Below are positions 1-11,202 of a stretch of 52,064 nucleotides of DNA, piece after piece. The notes beneath the pieces were generated by a model. It did not search any database, was not told the DNA's origin, and worked only from the letters and a program-made list of their open reading frames with translations. The DNA comes from Craspedostauros australis (Eukaryota). The DNA lies in NCBI GenBank assembly GCA_030167865.1, contig JALAGF010006545.1, forward strand, positions 1 through 52,064, given 5' to 3'. The position numbers and the translations under genes were made by a program. Each line of letters begins with the position of its first letter. Position 1 is the first letter of the stretch.

Positions 1-574
1 TCGTCAAGGTACCATTGCCTGAACTGTCGAACAGGGTCTCCAGGCCAAACTGTTTGGTGCTGCGAAATGAAGGAGTACGACGGAGTATTTCGACGATGTT
101 TCGAAATCCATGCAGAGAAACATGCAGGATCAAGGTCGCGTAGTTCCACACACCCAGACACCATGACAGATAGTTAAAGAAAGATGAGTGAAGAAGTCTG
201 TGTCACAACTCTTTCTATGTTCAATGGATTGTATGCAACAGCCAATGCAATGCAGGAAAGGAAGTGAAACGCCGCAGGGGGGGATGATTGGCAGGAAGAA
301 GCGATGCCACCAGTTTTCAGTGACCCGACCCGTCGATATTGGATGTGGCAGAACTCAACGAGGAGAAGAGATGTGAACACCAAACTTCGGGGAGGGATGC
401 AACAAATGCAGGACAGATAACTGGTAAAGTTTGGTGTTGGTAGGATTGAGTGAATGTTAATCCGGAGCAAAAGAGTGCGGATGTTGGTGTTTTTTTGCAA
501 GTTGGTGCTGTTTCCCTCGTAGCGGCTCCGTAGAGTTGTACCAGGATTCGACTACTTCGACCCTGTAGCCCCTT

Positions 575-1687
575 GTGGCCCTTTGTGGCCCCAAATGGGG
601 GCGACACAAAAAGCGGATAGGCACTAGGTGCGTGGAGTACCTCGTTGAATCTGGCAAGGCCAACTTTGACGTGGAGAATCACAACAACCAAACACCCCTC
701 CATGTGATCAAAGCAGAGAATCAGATCAGCATGATGAGATCGATCATGACTCGCCTCAGTCACCTCAACTCCCAACTACTGCGGCAAAAAGAACGCGTCA
801 CAAACACTATCACAGGAATAGCGAATCGCAACAAGCCTGACACCCGCACGAGGACCAACGTCAGCATCGGCCAAGATCGACGCAGCGCTCTTCGCACCGA
901 GACCAAGGCGGACATTGCTTTCCTGTGCGGAAACGGCGACAAACAAGAGACAATCGAGGCCAACAGTGGAGTCCTCGTGGTCACCGTTCCATCCATCCAG
1001 CGATTGATCGACTCCGGAATCCAATATCAGCCTCCATCCAGTAATGCAAGCAGTGATACACACAGTGATGCCACTGGCCACATCCAAACAGCCGTCTCTC
1101 TTCTCAATTTCCAACCAAAATATGTCCGACATGTCCTCCAATGCATCTATGCAGGTGAGATATCCTTCGACGACAGCGCTCATGACGGCGCGGGTGCTAT
1201 TGATGACGACGATCTTGAGCAGGATCAGGATCTGCCAACACCCACCCTCAATGGACACGATGATCTCCAACAGCTAATTCTTGTGGCCAATGAATTCGGC
1301 TTCTGGCGACTCAAGCTTGTTCTTGAAGTAGAGTTGGCTCGCAAGTATCTCACAGAGGGCACCATGATAGATGTCTTGATCTTTGCCGATCAGCATCAGT
1401 GTGCACTGTTGAAAGATGCGACAATGAGTGTGGTGACTGAAAATGCCAGAGACTTGTTCACTCATCCAGATTTCAGCAAGCTGATTCCACACCATCAACT
1501 CATGAGAGAGACTCAGACCTATTGCAGTGGACGAGAATCGAGCAACGGGCTTGATGAAATGCACAGCCCCATGTCCATGATGGAGTTGTACAAAGCTTTG
1601 GATGAAGGCGAGGGGAGTGCGCAAATGGACACCTACATGGATCGCGCAACGTTGATACACTTCGTGCGCGCCATGGAATCACCATAG
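575..1687 (+). CDS. BTB/POZ-domain protein (SPOP/BACK-like C-terminal half) with an N-terminal ankyrin-repeat fragment; 5' end uncertain
   Basis: Ankyrin-like segment CVEYLVESGKANFDVENHNNQTPLHV. BTB-like ADIAFLC...NFQPKYVRHVLQCIYAGEI...LILVANEFGFWRLKLVLE, followed by BACK-like DVLIFADQHQCALLKD. First in-frame ATG is at 731 and an in-frame TAG lies at 566-568, so an upstream exon may exist. Confidence 0.75.
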   Translation: MALCGPKWGRHKKRIGTRCVEYLVESGKANFDVENHNNQTPLHVIKAENQISMMRSIMTRLSHLNSQLLRQKERVTNTITGIANRNKPDTRTRTNVSIGQDRRSALRTETKADIAFLCGNGDKQETIEANSGVLVVTVPSIQRLIDSGIQYQPPSSNASSDTHSDATGHIQTAVSLLNFQPKYVRHVLQCIYAGEISFDDSAHDGAGAIDDDDLEQDQDLPTPTLNGHDDLQQLILVANEFGFWRLKLVLEVELARKYLTEGTMIDVLIFADQHQCALLKDATMSVVTENARDLFTHPDFSKLIPHHQLMRETQTYCSGRESSNGLDEMHSPMSMMELYKALDEGEGSAQMDTYMDRATLIHFVRAMESP

Positions 1688-3158
1688 AGTATGGTGAGGA
1701 ATTCCGACCAGTGGTGGGACCGGCAAAGAGGCGTGAAGCCCCACAACAACGACCCTTGACGAGCAAACGCGTCATGGAGTGCTCCGTAGTACTTGCACAA
1801 GGACGGGAGATGAGGAAGATTCGTAGAGTGGAGTAGAGTAGTTGGAATACCATGCATAGTATTTGTAGTCAGAGTAGCAATGATGATGATAATCGGAATG
1901 CAATGAGGTGACGCATCCAATGCTGCGTCGATTAAGGTCTCCAGGACTGTCTCGTTGACGGCGGGGGTGTTGGTCTGGTTACAAGATCGGGCCATTGGAC
2001 GGCGATGCGCTAGGAATGTTGGACTACCCTCAGGATGACAGGCCTCTCGGGAGATTGCTCATATGTAATATGATAGACTGTATTGTAACATATGATATGA
2101 TACAATATTCCTTAATATATTACACGATATTATACTTGGTACCTATTAGATCGCATGGCTCCTCGGATGGCACCATTGGTCCTGGGGAGAAACAAAAGGT
2201 TGGAACAAGGCCGTAGCCATCGTGGTTATGGTCATGGCCACTGCTCCTGTCATTCTACTTCCACCGTGGTCGTACGCAAACTCCTCTATTATCAAGACAT
2301 CATCAGCTTCTTTTTGCGACACCATCCGCATCTACGCAGCCAAGTGCCAACGCAACCACCACAAACGTAGACCCGCCACCATACAGGTGGTTGATGTCGT
2401 GATCTTGACTCTCATGCGTCCTCAAATTGCGTCCTGGGCTCCCTAACTTCGTTTCGAAGCACAAATGTTCAGCATTGATTATGTCCATCCGCTGTACGGT
2501 CGATGCATTTTCGGACATATTTTTGACGAACAAAACGTCGAACACTAAGAATATGTTGCAAGCTCTTCCTACAACGTCATTGTGTGTTGAAGCATTTGTG
2601 AGAAAATGTCAGTGTGCGGACGTGTCAGGTTAGGGTTGATGTCAAACCGGTGAAACACAAAGTACAAGCGCTCGGCAAGCTTCGGACTTGTTCCGGTGGC
2701 ACATCTTGACCTCGAGTTCGTGAACCAATCGTGATCTTGTGAAAACCACATCACTCCAACGTGCATGCGTCCTCGAACGAGTCGAAATGGTGCACAGAGC
2801 ATTCGACAGACAGCTTCTTCCGTCCATGTCCATGCGAGGAAGCGATTGATGTTCCCGTTCGCGTGATGTGGTGGAGATCGATAGAGATCCGTCGAAATCG
2901 AATTGCGCTGGTACCGGTTGAATCTCGGCGAGGATGCTGCCTGAGCACAACATCGCCGGCTGTTGGAATACGAACACATCTTCGTCGACTTCGATCGTCG
3001 TCTTTCGCTGGTCGCTATGTCTGCTTTCGAACTCCACGTCGTTCTGTGCGCACTCGTACATGTAGTTGTACTGGCGCGGATGATTGCATCTGTGGACCAA
3101 TCTTGCGAAACATCCCAAAAGAGATCCATGGGAGGCGCGTGGCTGGTGTGAAGGGTTG

Positions 3159-3176
3159 GAGAGAGAGAGAGAGAGA
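3159..3176. repeat. (GA)9 microsatellite
   Basis: Read directly from sequence. Confidence 0.9.
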
Positions 3177-3295
3177 GCCTCAGACATGATCTCGTCTCAC
3201 AAAAGACGAATCTCGAGCACCATAGAAGGCAACACGAAGACCAAGGGCATCAGACTCGCACACAAGCACTCCAGGAGGTATATTCACCTAGAATC

Positions 3296-4273
3296 ATGAC
3301 GACAGCACTACCATACGCTCGATCCGCCACTCAGGCGGGAACACCACCCTCAAAACAGCAGAGGCGACAGCGCCGCAAGCAGCAGTTGCAATTGCAGCAC
3401 GAGGATGAGCAGGAGGAGATGGCGGAGGATCCCACCATGTTCTTATCCTCCTCACATCCGCAGGACATGAACTGCACAAGCGATCACTGCGGACCACGCG
3501 CCGTCAGCGCTTCGGGAGGACACCGCAAGAAAGCCACCGACGGCAGTCTGCGCGAGAAGTACGGCAAGCGCATTCAACCGGAGCGGCTGTACCAGATCCC
3601 GCTGGTCCCGGTCGATTGCCGCTTCGGCGTCGTGCGCGACGATGAGGATGCCTGCCATCCGCTGCATTCCACCATCAAGTCCCAGCGCCGCATGCAGGCG
3701 TCGACGATGACGGTGGTGTTCTGCATCCGACGTCCTGGCTGCGGCAGCTGCCGCGATCATGCGCAGCAGCTCGTGAAGCTCGTGGAAGACCTGAATCAGC
3801 AGGAGCAGGAAATGCGGATCATCGCCAATTCGGGCGGCGTCGTGCGCGAGTCATCGCGACGCAGCAGCTCCAAGCGTGCGGAGGGGCAGAAGGTGGCCCT
3901 CGTGGGGATCACGAAGCACGGGCAAGGCGTCGACGACGAGGCGATGATCAACTTCTACCAGACCTACTTCCAGCGCTATCCCGTGCTCAAGGACGAGCAG
4001 TGGCAGACGTACCAGGCGCTGGGAGGCCGCAAGATTTCGCTGATGAAGCTGCTGCGCATGGCGCCGCGCATGATGCGACGCTACGAAGACAACAACATCG
4101 AGAACGTTCCGTTCGGCGGCGATATCTGGACGCAGGGTGGCGTCTTGATCTTTGATCGCAGCGGCGAGCTGCGGCATGTGCAGTATGAGGAATACGGCAA
4201 GCGTTTGGACGTGGACGAGATCAAGACGGTGCTGCGCAACGTTCAGAGAGAGCAGCGTGCGTCCACGGCATGA
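3296..4273 (+). CDS. Peroxiredoxin-like 2 / AhpC-TSA_2 (FAM213/SelU-like) thioredoxin-fold protein
   Basis: VVFCIRRPGCGSCRDHA (RRPGCxxCR motif), FYQTYF..YP..D....YQALG and C-terminal GDIWTQGGVLIFD, typical of the family. Strong GC3 coding bias. Confidence 0.85.
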   Translation: MTTALPYARSATQAGTPPSKQQRRQRRKQQLQLQHEDEQEEMAEDPTMFLSSSHPQDMNCTSDHCGPRAVSASGGHRKKATDGSLREKYGKRIQPERLYQIPLVPVDCRFGVVRDDEDACHPLHSTIKSQRRMQASTMTVVFCIRRPGCGSCRDHAQQLVKLVEDLNQQEQEMRIIANSGGVVRESSRRSSSKRAEGQKVALVGITKHGQGVDDEAMINFYQTYFQRYPVLKDEQWQTYQALGGRKISLMKLLRMAPRMMRRYEDNNIENVPFGGDIWTQGGVLIFDRSGELRHVQYEEYGKRLDVDEIKTVLRNVQREQRASTA

Positions 4274-4495
4274 ACGTCGTGGTGCGCATGGACAGTTTGG
4301 TCTCTCCGTTCATGTTCTTCTTGCTGGTTGCACATTCTTCAACATCGAGTACTCCACTCTATTACACACCAATAATGCATGAACAGTTTTTTTCCAAACA
4401 CCGTTGTTTACTATATTTCTTGTTTGTATTATTGTCGGTTCGTCCATGTTTGCTGCAGGTCAGTCTGCGCATGTTTGTGTCTCCGTCATTATCAT

Positions 4496-5146
4496 TCAAT
4501 CCAAGAGGATGGATCGCAATCGCTGCGTTCGGATCATGCGGCGCCACTTCTTGGGAGACGTTGGCTGTTTGCGCTTGGAGACGGTCTTCTTGGGTGTTGC
4601 CTTCTTGGTGAGGCGTCTGGTGGGGGATCTTGCGACTGGCGCTGGAGTGGCATGCGCCACGCTGGCCTCCACGCTGCGATCGTCGCTGTCGCCATCGTTG
4701 CTGGCTGGGGGGATGGAGCTCATGCCATCATCGTCACTGTCGCTGCTGGAAGATGTCACAGAGGTCATGTCTTCGTCTTGGTCGTCGTTGCTGACTGGCG
4801 GGATGGAGCTGATGTCGTCATCGTGGCTCTCGCTGTCGTCGTCCTGAGTGGCTGGCAGCGCGACTTGGTTTGCGGGCTTCTGCTCGACCGTCTCGTTCTT
4901 CTTGGCTTCCAGCGCTTGCATCTCTTGGTTGAGGGCGTTGCATTCTTGCTTCAGAGACTTGATGCTCGCCTTGAGTCCATCTTGCTTGGTCCGCATGCTG
5001 TGCGCTTCGCGTTCGATGGCCCACATGGCGATCTTGGCATCTTGCATGCACTCCAGCAGAGTCGTGAGGTTGTCCTTGATGTCATGGCTATCGGTGTTGG
5101 CAACATTGTTGACAAAGGTGTTGGTGGTGGGAGCTGCGGCTGGCAT
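4496..5146 (-). CDS. Hypothetical coiled-coil protein with acidic repeat and basic tail (about 216 aa)
   Basis: Likely start MPAAAP at 5146. Heptad segment LKASIKSLKQECNALNQEMQALEAKK, duplicated DDD.SSIPP.SND unit (90-nt period), and tail motifs SPTR/TPKK/SPKK. Confidence 0.6.
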   Translation of the reverse strand: MPAAAPTTNTFVNNVANTDSHDIKDNLTTLLECMQDAKIAMWAIEREAHSMRTKQDGLKASIKSLKQECNALNQEMQALEAKKNETVEQKPANQVALPATQDDDSESHDDDISSIPPVSNDDQDEDMTSVTSSSSDSDDDGMSSIPPASNDGDSDDRSVEASVAHATPAPVARSPTRRLTKKATPKKTVSKRKQPTSPKKWRRMIRTQRLRSILLD

Positions 5147-5318
5147 GATTGAGGTGTTGGAGTGGCTGCGGAACGGAATGGCAATGAGAATGTTGGATTG
5201 TGTGTTTGATTTGTGAGGAAGAAGATGAGATCTTTTCTTTGTTCTGTGCTTCATCATTTGTTCACATGTGTGAGGTCCACCATGTCGCCACTTCTGCAAG
5301 AAACGCCAAACAAAAAGC

Positions 5319-5747
5319 GGCGCGCCGTCGCGAAACTTGACTCCGACACCAATTCATGACAACCAACACACTTTCTGTACGTGGTCTAGCATATAGATTG
5401 AAAGGTATAACACCACCATCCCCTTGAAACCCTACTCCATTAGATGATTATAAAAGTCTCATATGATGATTCACATCCTCCAAATAGGATATATCTTCAT
5501 ATTGATGTCAGTAGGGAGCGTCATAAGATGCACATAGTCTACATCTACAGAAGGTGAGAATTTCGAGAGCGTGTATTTTCTGGCGCGGCCATTTCTTCCT
5601 CGCGCTGCGTCTGTCTGTCGTCCGATGAGGAAAGCGTTGAACTTCGCGCCAAAAATATTGCGGAACTCGCTGGTCACGTGGCCGGTGTGTTTGGAACAAT
5701 CGGTTCTGCCGTTTCGAACAACGGGCGTTTTCGGTCACGCGAAAAAA
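5319..5747. promoter_or_regulatory. Putative bidirectional promoter with clustered E2F-like sites
   Basis: TTCGCGCCAAA at 5643-5653 (nearly the classic DHFR E2F element TTTCGCGCCAAA), GTCGCGAAA 5327-5335, TTTCTGGCGCGG 5577-5588 and CACGCGAAAAAA 5736-5747. Lies between divergent genes, one of them dUTPase. Confidence 0.5.
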
Positions 5748-6079
5748 GCGGAACGATGTTTTGTGCAGCGTCGCCATCTCATCACAAACACGTCAACAGC
5801 GAGCAACGGAGAGGAACAAGGAGCGCACAGGCAACGGTCGTCAAGACTTGAACACACGTACTTTACGCAAAGCACAGTTCTGCGCGACGACAACCAACGC
5901 ACTTCAACCACAATCTTTCCACACCACTCTCCACCATTCGGTTCTTTCGCCCCCTTTCGTGGTTTGTCCGAAGCCAGAGCTTGCTCTCCTTCCAAACTTT
6001 GGCGAGAACAACCACAGCAACAACCACAGGAACAACCGCAGTATCAGCAGCAACAAGGGCAGCGACAACAACTACCACA

Positions 6080-7459
6080 ATGACTCCAACCGCAACAGCA
6101 ACTGTCGCCTTCATCCTTCCGCGGAACAGGAACAGCGGCGCCATCGGCACCAGCGGCCTCGTGCAAGCACGCACAGCACAGCAAACTGCCGACAAGATGT
6201 TCTCCAGCTCCTCTCAATCATCGGGCAGCATCGATCCCAGCGACGAGATGGCGCACTCCTCGCAGGAACCGCTGCGCGTCAAGAAGCTCAACGAAAACGC
6301 CACGATCCCAACCCGCGGCTCCCCACAGGCTGCCGGCGTCGACCTCAGCAGCTGCGAGGCCGTGACCGTGGCGCCCAACTCCCGCAAGGTCATCAAGACC
6401 GGACTCGCCATCGCCTGTCCGCTTGGCACCTACGCGCGCATCGCACCGCGCAGCGGACTCACCGTCAAGAAGGGCATCCACGTGGGCGCGGGCGTCGTCG
6501 ATGCTGACTACCGTGGCGAGGTCGGCGTCGTCGTCTTCAACCTCGGCGACGAAGATTGGGAGATCAAGGTCGGCGATCGCATCGCGCAGCTCATCCTCGA
6601 GGAGGTCCGCATGGTCCCCGTCGAGATCTGCGACTCGCTCGATGACACCGATCGTGGTGCGGGTGGCTTCGGGTCCACGGGAGTCTCGCGCTCCGTCAGC
6701 CCCGTGCCGGAAAGCGCGCCGAGTGCGAAGCGTGCCAAGCTCGAAGAACCGGACTGCGCCATGAGCAGTGCCAGCGGCAGCGACAGCGTTTCCATGTCGA
6801 GCGTCGAGGAGTCCTCGCAACCAGACACCGCAACGGGCAACGACAACGTTGCGCCACCACAGATGACATCCAGCACCAATGACGTTGCTGCGCTCGACGC
6901 GCCAACCAGCGTGGATGTCACGTCCCCCCAACCGGACATGATGCCCAACCATGACGGCACCCTGCGACCAGATGCGCCGACCAACAATGCCGTGCCAATG
7001 CAGACCGATACGGTGGTTAGCGATGACTTGACGGTGCAGCCTGGCGTCGCCTCCAGTGCCAAAGCCACAGAAGAAACAACCAGCAACGCTGAACCGACAC
7101 AGGTAGACACGGCTTCCAGCGACCCTGAGTCGATGCCGACGGACCCATCAATGAGTGATGATACAACGTTGCAACAGCCAGACCTCACCGCCAGTGCCAA
7201 TACTACCCCAACTCCGGAAGCGCCAGCCAGCAGCGACACTCCGATGGAACCAGATGCCACCATGAACACCCACACCACATCCACTCCAGACGACACGCGC
7301 AGCAACGATGCTCCAATGGAACCCAATGCGACAGCTACCGACGCCATCTCACCCACACACGAAACATCAGCGAGCTGCGACGATCTTGGTCCAAAGCCAG
7401 ACCCACCCACCAGTGCCAACACCACTGTGAAGCCAGATCCGACAACCGGCACCAACTGA
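6080..7459 (+). CDS. DUT: Trimeric dUTP diphosphatase with N-terminal extension and long acidic T/P/D-rich C-terminal tail
   Basis: All five motifs are present: AGVDL, PRSG, GVVDADYRGEV, GDRIAQL, RGAGGFGSTG (about 6270-6682). First in-frame ATG at 6080; the frame is open from 5852, with a possible ATT start at 5936. Confidence 0.95.
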   Translation: MTPTATATVAFILPRNRNSGAIGTSGLVQARTAQQTADKMFSSSSQSSGSIDPSDEMAHSSQEPLRVKKLNENATIPTRGSPQAAGVDLSSCEAVTVAPNSRKVIKTGLAIACPLGTYARIAPRSGLTVKKGIHVGAGVVDADYRGEVGVVVFNLGDEDWEIKVGDRIAQLILEEVRMVPVEICDSLDDTDRGAGGFGSTGVSRSVSPVPESAPSAKRAKLEEPDCAMSSASGSDSVSMSSVEESSQPDTATGNDNVAPPQMTSSTNDVAALDAPTSVDVTSPQPDMMPNHDGTLRPDAPTNNAVPMQTDTVVSDDLTVQPGVASSAKATEETTSNAEPTQVDTASSDPESMPTDPSMSDDTTLQQPDLTASANTTPTPEAPASSDTPMEPDATMNTHTTSTPDDTRSNDAPMEPNATATDAISPTHETSASCDDLGPKPDPPTSANTTVKPDPTTGTN

Positions 7460-7986
7460 GCTTCACAAACCACGAACAACGACAATGGGGCCAAGAGTAG
7501 CTGGAGGACTGGGAGTGTCAATACAGCCAAGCTTCAGGTTCACTGAGGTACTCGTGTGAAGTGAACTGCAACAGTAACATAAACTTAGGGTTTGAATATC
7601 ATCATCATTCCAACTCTATCATGTGTCACGTCACTCATCTCAAATGTAACATGGAACAAGAATGCGGCGAACCTGTCGGCTGTCGCAGTCAGGAACGTGA
7701 ATTGGCCACGAGGATTGCCAAATCGACACCTTCGACTAAACTTTGAACAACCACGACCAAAATCATCCTTCGCTTCGGTCACACCATCAAGAACGCGCAA
7801 GTTGCGCGTACAATCACATGGGACAACGCAGACAGGTGCTGTCAACATGACACACAAGAGCGAAGGAACCAGGCACAGAAGGTTTCCATTGTGTAGAGGC
7901 AGCATCCATCACTCTGATACTCAAGAGCAACTCCTCCACAAAGAAAGAGCGAGAGAGATTGCCCCATCAGCATTCTCTATTGGAAG

Positions 7987-9882
7987 ATGATGGAGGCAAC
8001 GATGAAGAAGACAGGCATTTGGAGGTTCCTGCTTCTGGGTCTGGGTCTGCGTCTGCGACTGGCCAGTGCCGAGGCTGCCTCGGTCACAAACGACAATGTG
8101 ATTGAGTACGGTGTGGACACGGTAAGCATCGACGCCTCATCTTCACTTGCTGTCTTGGTGTGCCGTGATCTGTTGTTTGTGTGGTGACCACTCTGGCATC
8201 GATCATATCATACTGCGAGCACACGAACGTTGGCGATGCGCCAACGTTGCCGATGGACGAATGAGCGAAATTGTCAGATATAATAATACCTCATTCGCAA
8301 CATTCGCGCTGTTCGATTGTGCAACAGTCCTTCCCGATGCATTACAACCACGTTCACACCAACTACGCATGGCTCGCATCGAGCAATTCCAATTCCGACA
8401 ACAACGGCAACGGTAGCAACAGGACGAAGGACGATGGTAGCCGACAGAATCCTCATGACGAACCGATCCAACCGCTTGGTGACAAGCAGAGCTTCTACGA
8501 CAGATACCTGCAAGGCTGCATGAAGTACCACGAAGCGTTCAACCGATCCAACGACTGCATCACCAACGAGAAGGGACGCATCGCCATGTCCCTGCGACAA
8601 CCGAAAAGCATGCACAACTACACAGAGCTGGGGTATGCCAAGATCCGTGCACCAACGGAACTCTTCGACATGATCCAAAGGTTCTGGAGTGCCAACCGCG
8701 ATCAGATGGTGCTGGAGAGCTGGACCACCGGCGTCTCCTACGTCAATCACTGGGAAAGTCCGACGTACATGCTGTACGTCGAGGATGCTGAGTACGAAGG
8801 TGGTGGCGCTGTGCTGCAGCAGGCCATCTGGAATTCGGCACGCGATATCCTGTCGAAATGGACGCAGCAGGAGCATCTGGCGGAATGCAGCTTGTATGGG
8901 ATCCGCATTTACAAGCAGGATGCCATCCTGGCACCGCATGTCGATCGCCTGCCGTTGGTGATATCCGCAATCATCAACGTCGATCAAGATGTCGATGAAC
9001 CGTGGCCGTTGGAAGTGATCGGCCGTGATGGCAAGGCAGTCAACGTCACGATGGAACCGGGCGACATGGTGCTGTACGAATCCCACTCCATCATCCACGG
9101 ACGTCCGTTTCCACTGCAAGGCAAGTTCATGGCCAATGTGTTCATCCATTTCGAACCCACGCCAACCGATAACATCGAGGACATCAACCCCACGGAACTG
9201 CCGCAGTACATCATTCCGGGATCCGAAGAAGAAGCGAACTGGCGCAAGTCCTTCCCAACGGGATATCCTGCACCCATCAAACATCTGGAAGCGAAGGATG
9301 CGGCTATTGATGGCGACACGCAGTTCTTGAGGGACATGTTCACGGTGGATCCCTCCGCCATCCGCGCATCCGATTCCAACGGATGGCAACCGCTGCATGT
9401 AAGTGGCAGTATGCGATAGTCTATTGCAAAGCACGACATGGCATGTGTTTCATGATGAAAATATTGACAGTCCACATGCAGGAAGGATAGGTGCTTGCAG
9501 AAGTCTCACTCCATCTACCTCATGCTCACTGCTGCTCACGTCTGCTTTCTCCCTCGTTTGCGCCTCTTTCTCGTTCTGAGCACCACACCTTGTGCAATCG
9601 CAGCAAGCAATCCGGTATGGTCACTTGGACACCGTGAAAGCTTTGATCGATGAGTTTGGCGCCAACATAAACAGGCGCACGTACCGAAATAAGATTCCGA
9701 ACGAGGGCGGAACTCCTCTGTATTGGGCAAAGCACTTCCGCAAAGACGATGGATCCATCGTGAAGTTCTTGCAGGATCGTGGTGCAATATATTTGGCGCC
9801 AGGCGACAAGTATGATGATGCTGGCAACACTGCAGATGATACTGAGTCTGGAGAGGTGGGGAATGGATCCGGCGAGCTGTAG
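7987..9882 (+). CDS. Secretory-pathway 2OG-Fe(II) oxygenase (prolyl-hydroxylase-like) with C-terminal ankyrin repeats; 3 exons
   Basis: Exons 7987-8121, 8328-9398 and 9604-9882, with phase-0 GTAAG...CAG introns. Splicing restores EYGVDT|SFPMH and the ankyrin GWQPLH|QAIRYGH. HxD motif (PHVDR) and distal His (HGRP); N-terminal signal peptide; ends in SGEL. Confidence 0.85.
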
Positions 9883-11202
9883 CAGTGTCAGAAATGTGGG
9901 TGACATCGCTACTCAACATGGACCAATCAGAGGCCTCCAAACTTTAGCTAGCTTCGTTTCGAGTAGACTGATTTATTCAAAGTTTATCACAATTGTCGCA
10001 GCTTCCGAAGAATTATCACCAGACTCAACGGACCAATCAATCAAGCCAACAGCCAATCAACCAAACCGAGATCTTTGATGCCAGAAGGACGTTTTGTCTG
10101 GCGCACACAAGATTCGGTTTGTGGGTTGCGATCGGTGGCAGATGTGTTGTGTTGCGGTCTTTACTGGTGGAGGAGACAAGATGAGAAGCCATCAACCTGT
10201 TCCACTCGATGACACACACATTCTTCGCGCACAAGCAAATACCCGAACCCGAACGGATTCCAAACCCCACAAAATTGCCGACGAGCACACAACAGAGCAG
10301 AGCAGAACAAAGCAAAGCAAAGCAAAGCAAAGCAAGAGGAGGAATCCAACAGCGAAGGTGCGTACTGTGCAGCGCAACGCCGCGAAAGTTGCCTCTTCGG
10401 AGGACGACGCCATGGCGGTGCCGATCTTTCGTTTGACCATGGCGGTTGGAAAGGAGTATCCTGGCGTGATGCGGTCATCGGTGGATCGGAAGCATTCGTG
10501 ATGATGGCCAGCAGCTGCTGCCTCCTTTCGCAAATTCCGCTGCTGCCGACATCATCATCGCGGCGGCCAACCAGATCGGTCATGTGTCCCAGGTGATGCT
10601 CTGCTGTTCCTTCGCTTTGGTGTTCTCACCGATCGTGTCTCTTCGTTCTTCACTCCGTCTCCGTCAATGGAGTTCGCACCCACCTTTCCATCCATTCCTC
10701 CACCCAATGCACTGCCACCGCGAACAACAACAACACGACACAACTGGTGGATCCATCACCACGCGACGACCTGCCATGGATCTCCGCTCCGGGCACAAAA
10801 AAAAAACAGCAGCTGACAGCAATCGGTGGAGGGCACACAAAACACAAAACAATACTCGCACCGAGTTGCCAACCACAAAATCAAATCAAACCAAATCGAA
10901 GCACATCACATCACAATCCAGAGAGCAACACCATCCAGAGCGAAACCAGCACATCAGCAAATTGGACGATCGGCATCGTTGCAATACCTACCTGCTCTGT
11001 GCCAACACTGCCAAATCCGAACGAGTGGGCCCGACATCAACGTCCTGTCCCAATTTCGCCTCTCTTGGTGACTAATCTTGAAAGCCAAGTCAGGACAAGT
11101 CAAGACAAGCCAGCACAAGCGCTGAGCAACAACAAGCGAAACGAACCATTCCACAACAGCGGCAGCACCAACAGGAAGCAAGCACATCGCCATCATCTCA
11201 TC

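Noticed and set aside
2642..3187. 181-aa minus-strand ORF divergent from the redoxin
   Set aside because: Starts across a GA microsatellite, has no recognisable domain, and overlaps ORFs of similar length in other frames.
10747..11202. 152-aa N-terminal extension of the 1987-aa ORF
   Set aside because: A/C-rich, UTR-like sequence starting at a non-ATG codon; ATG 11203 gives a clean signal peptide.
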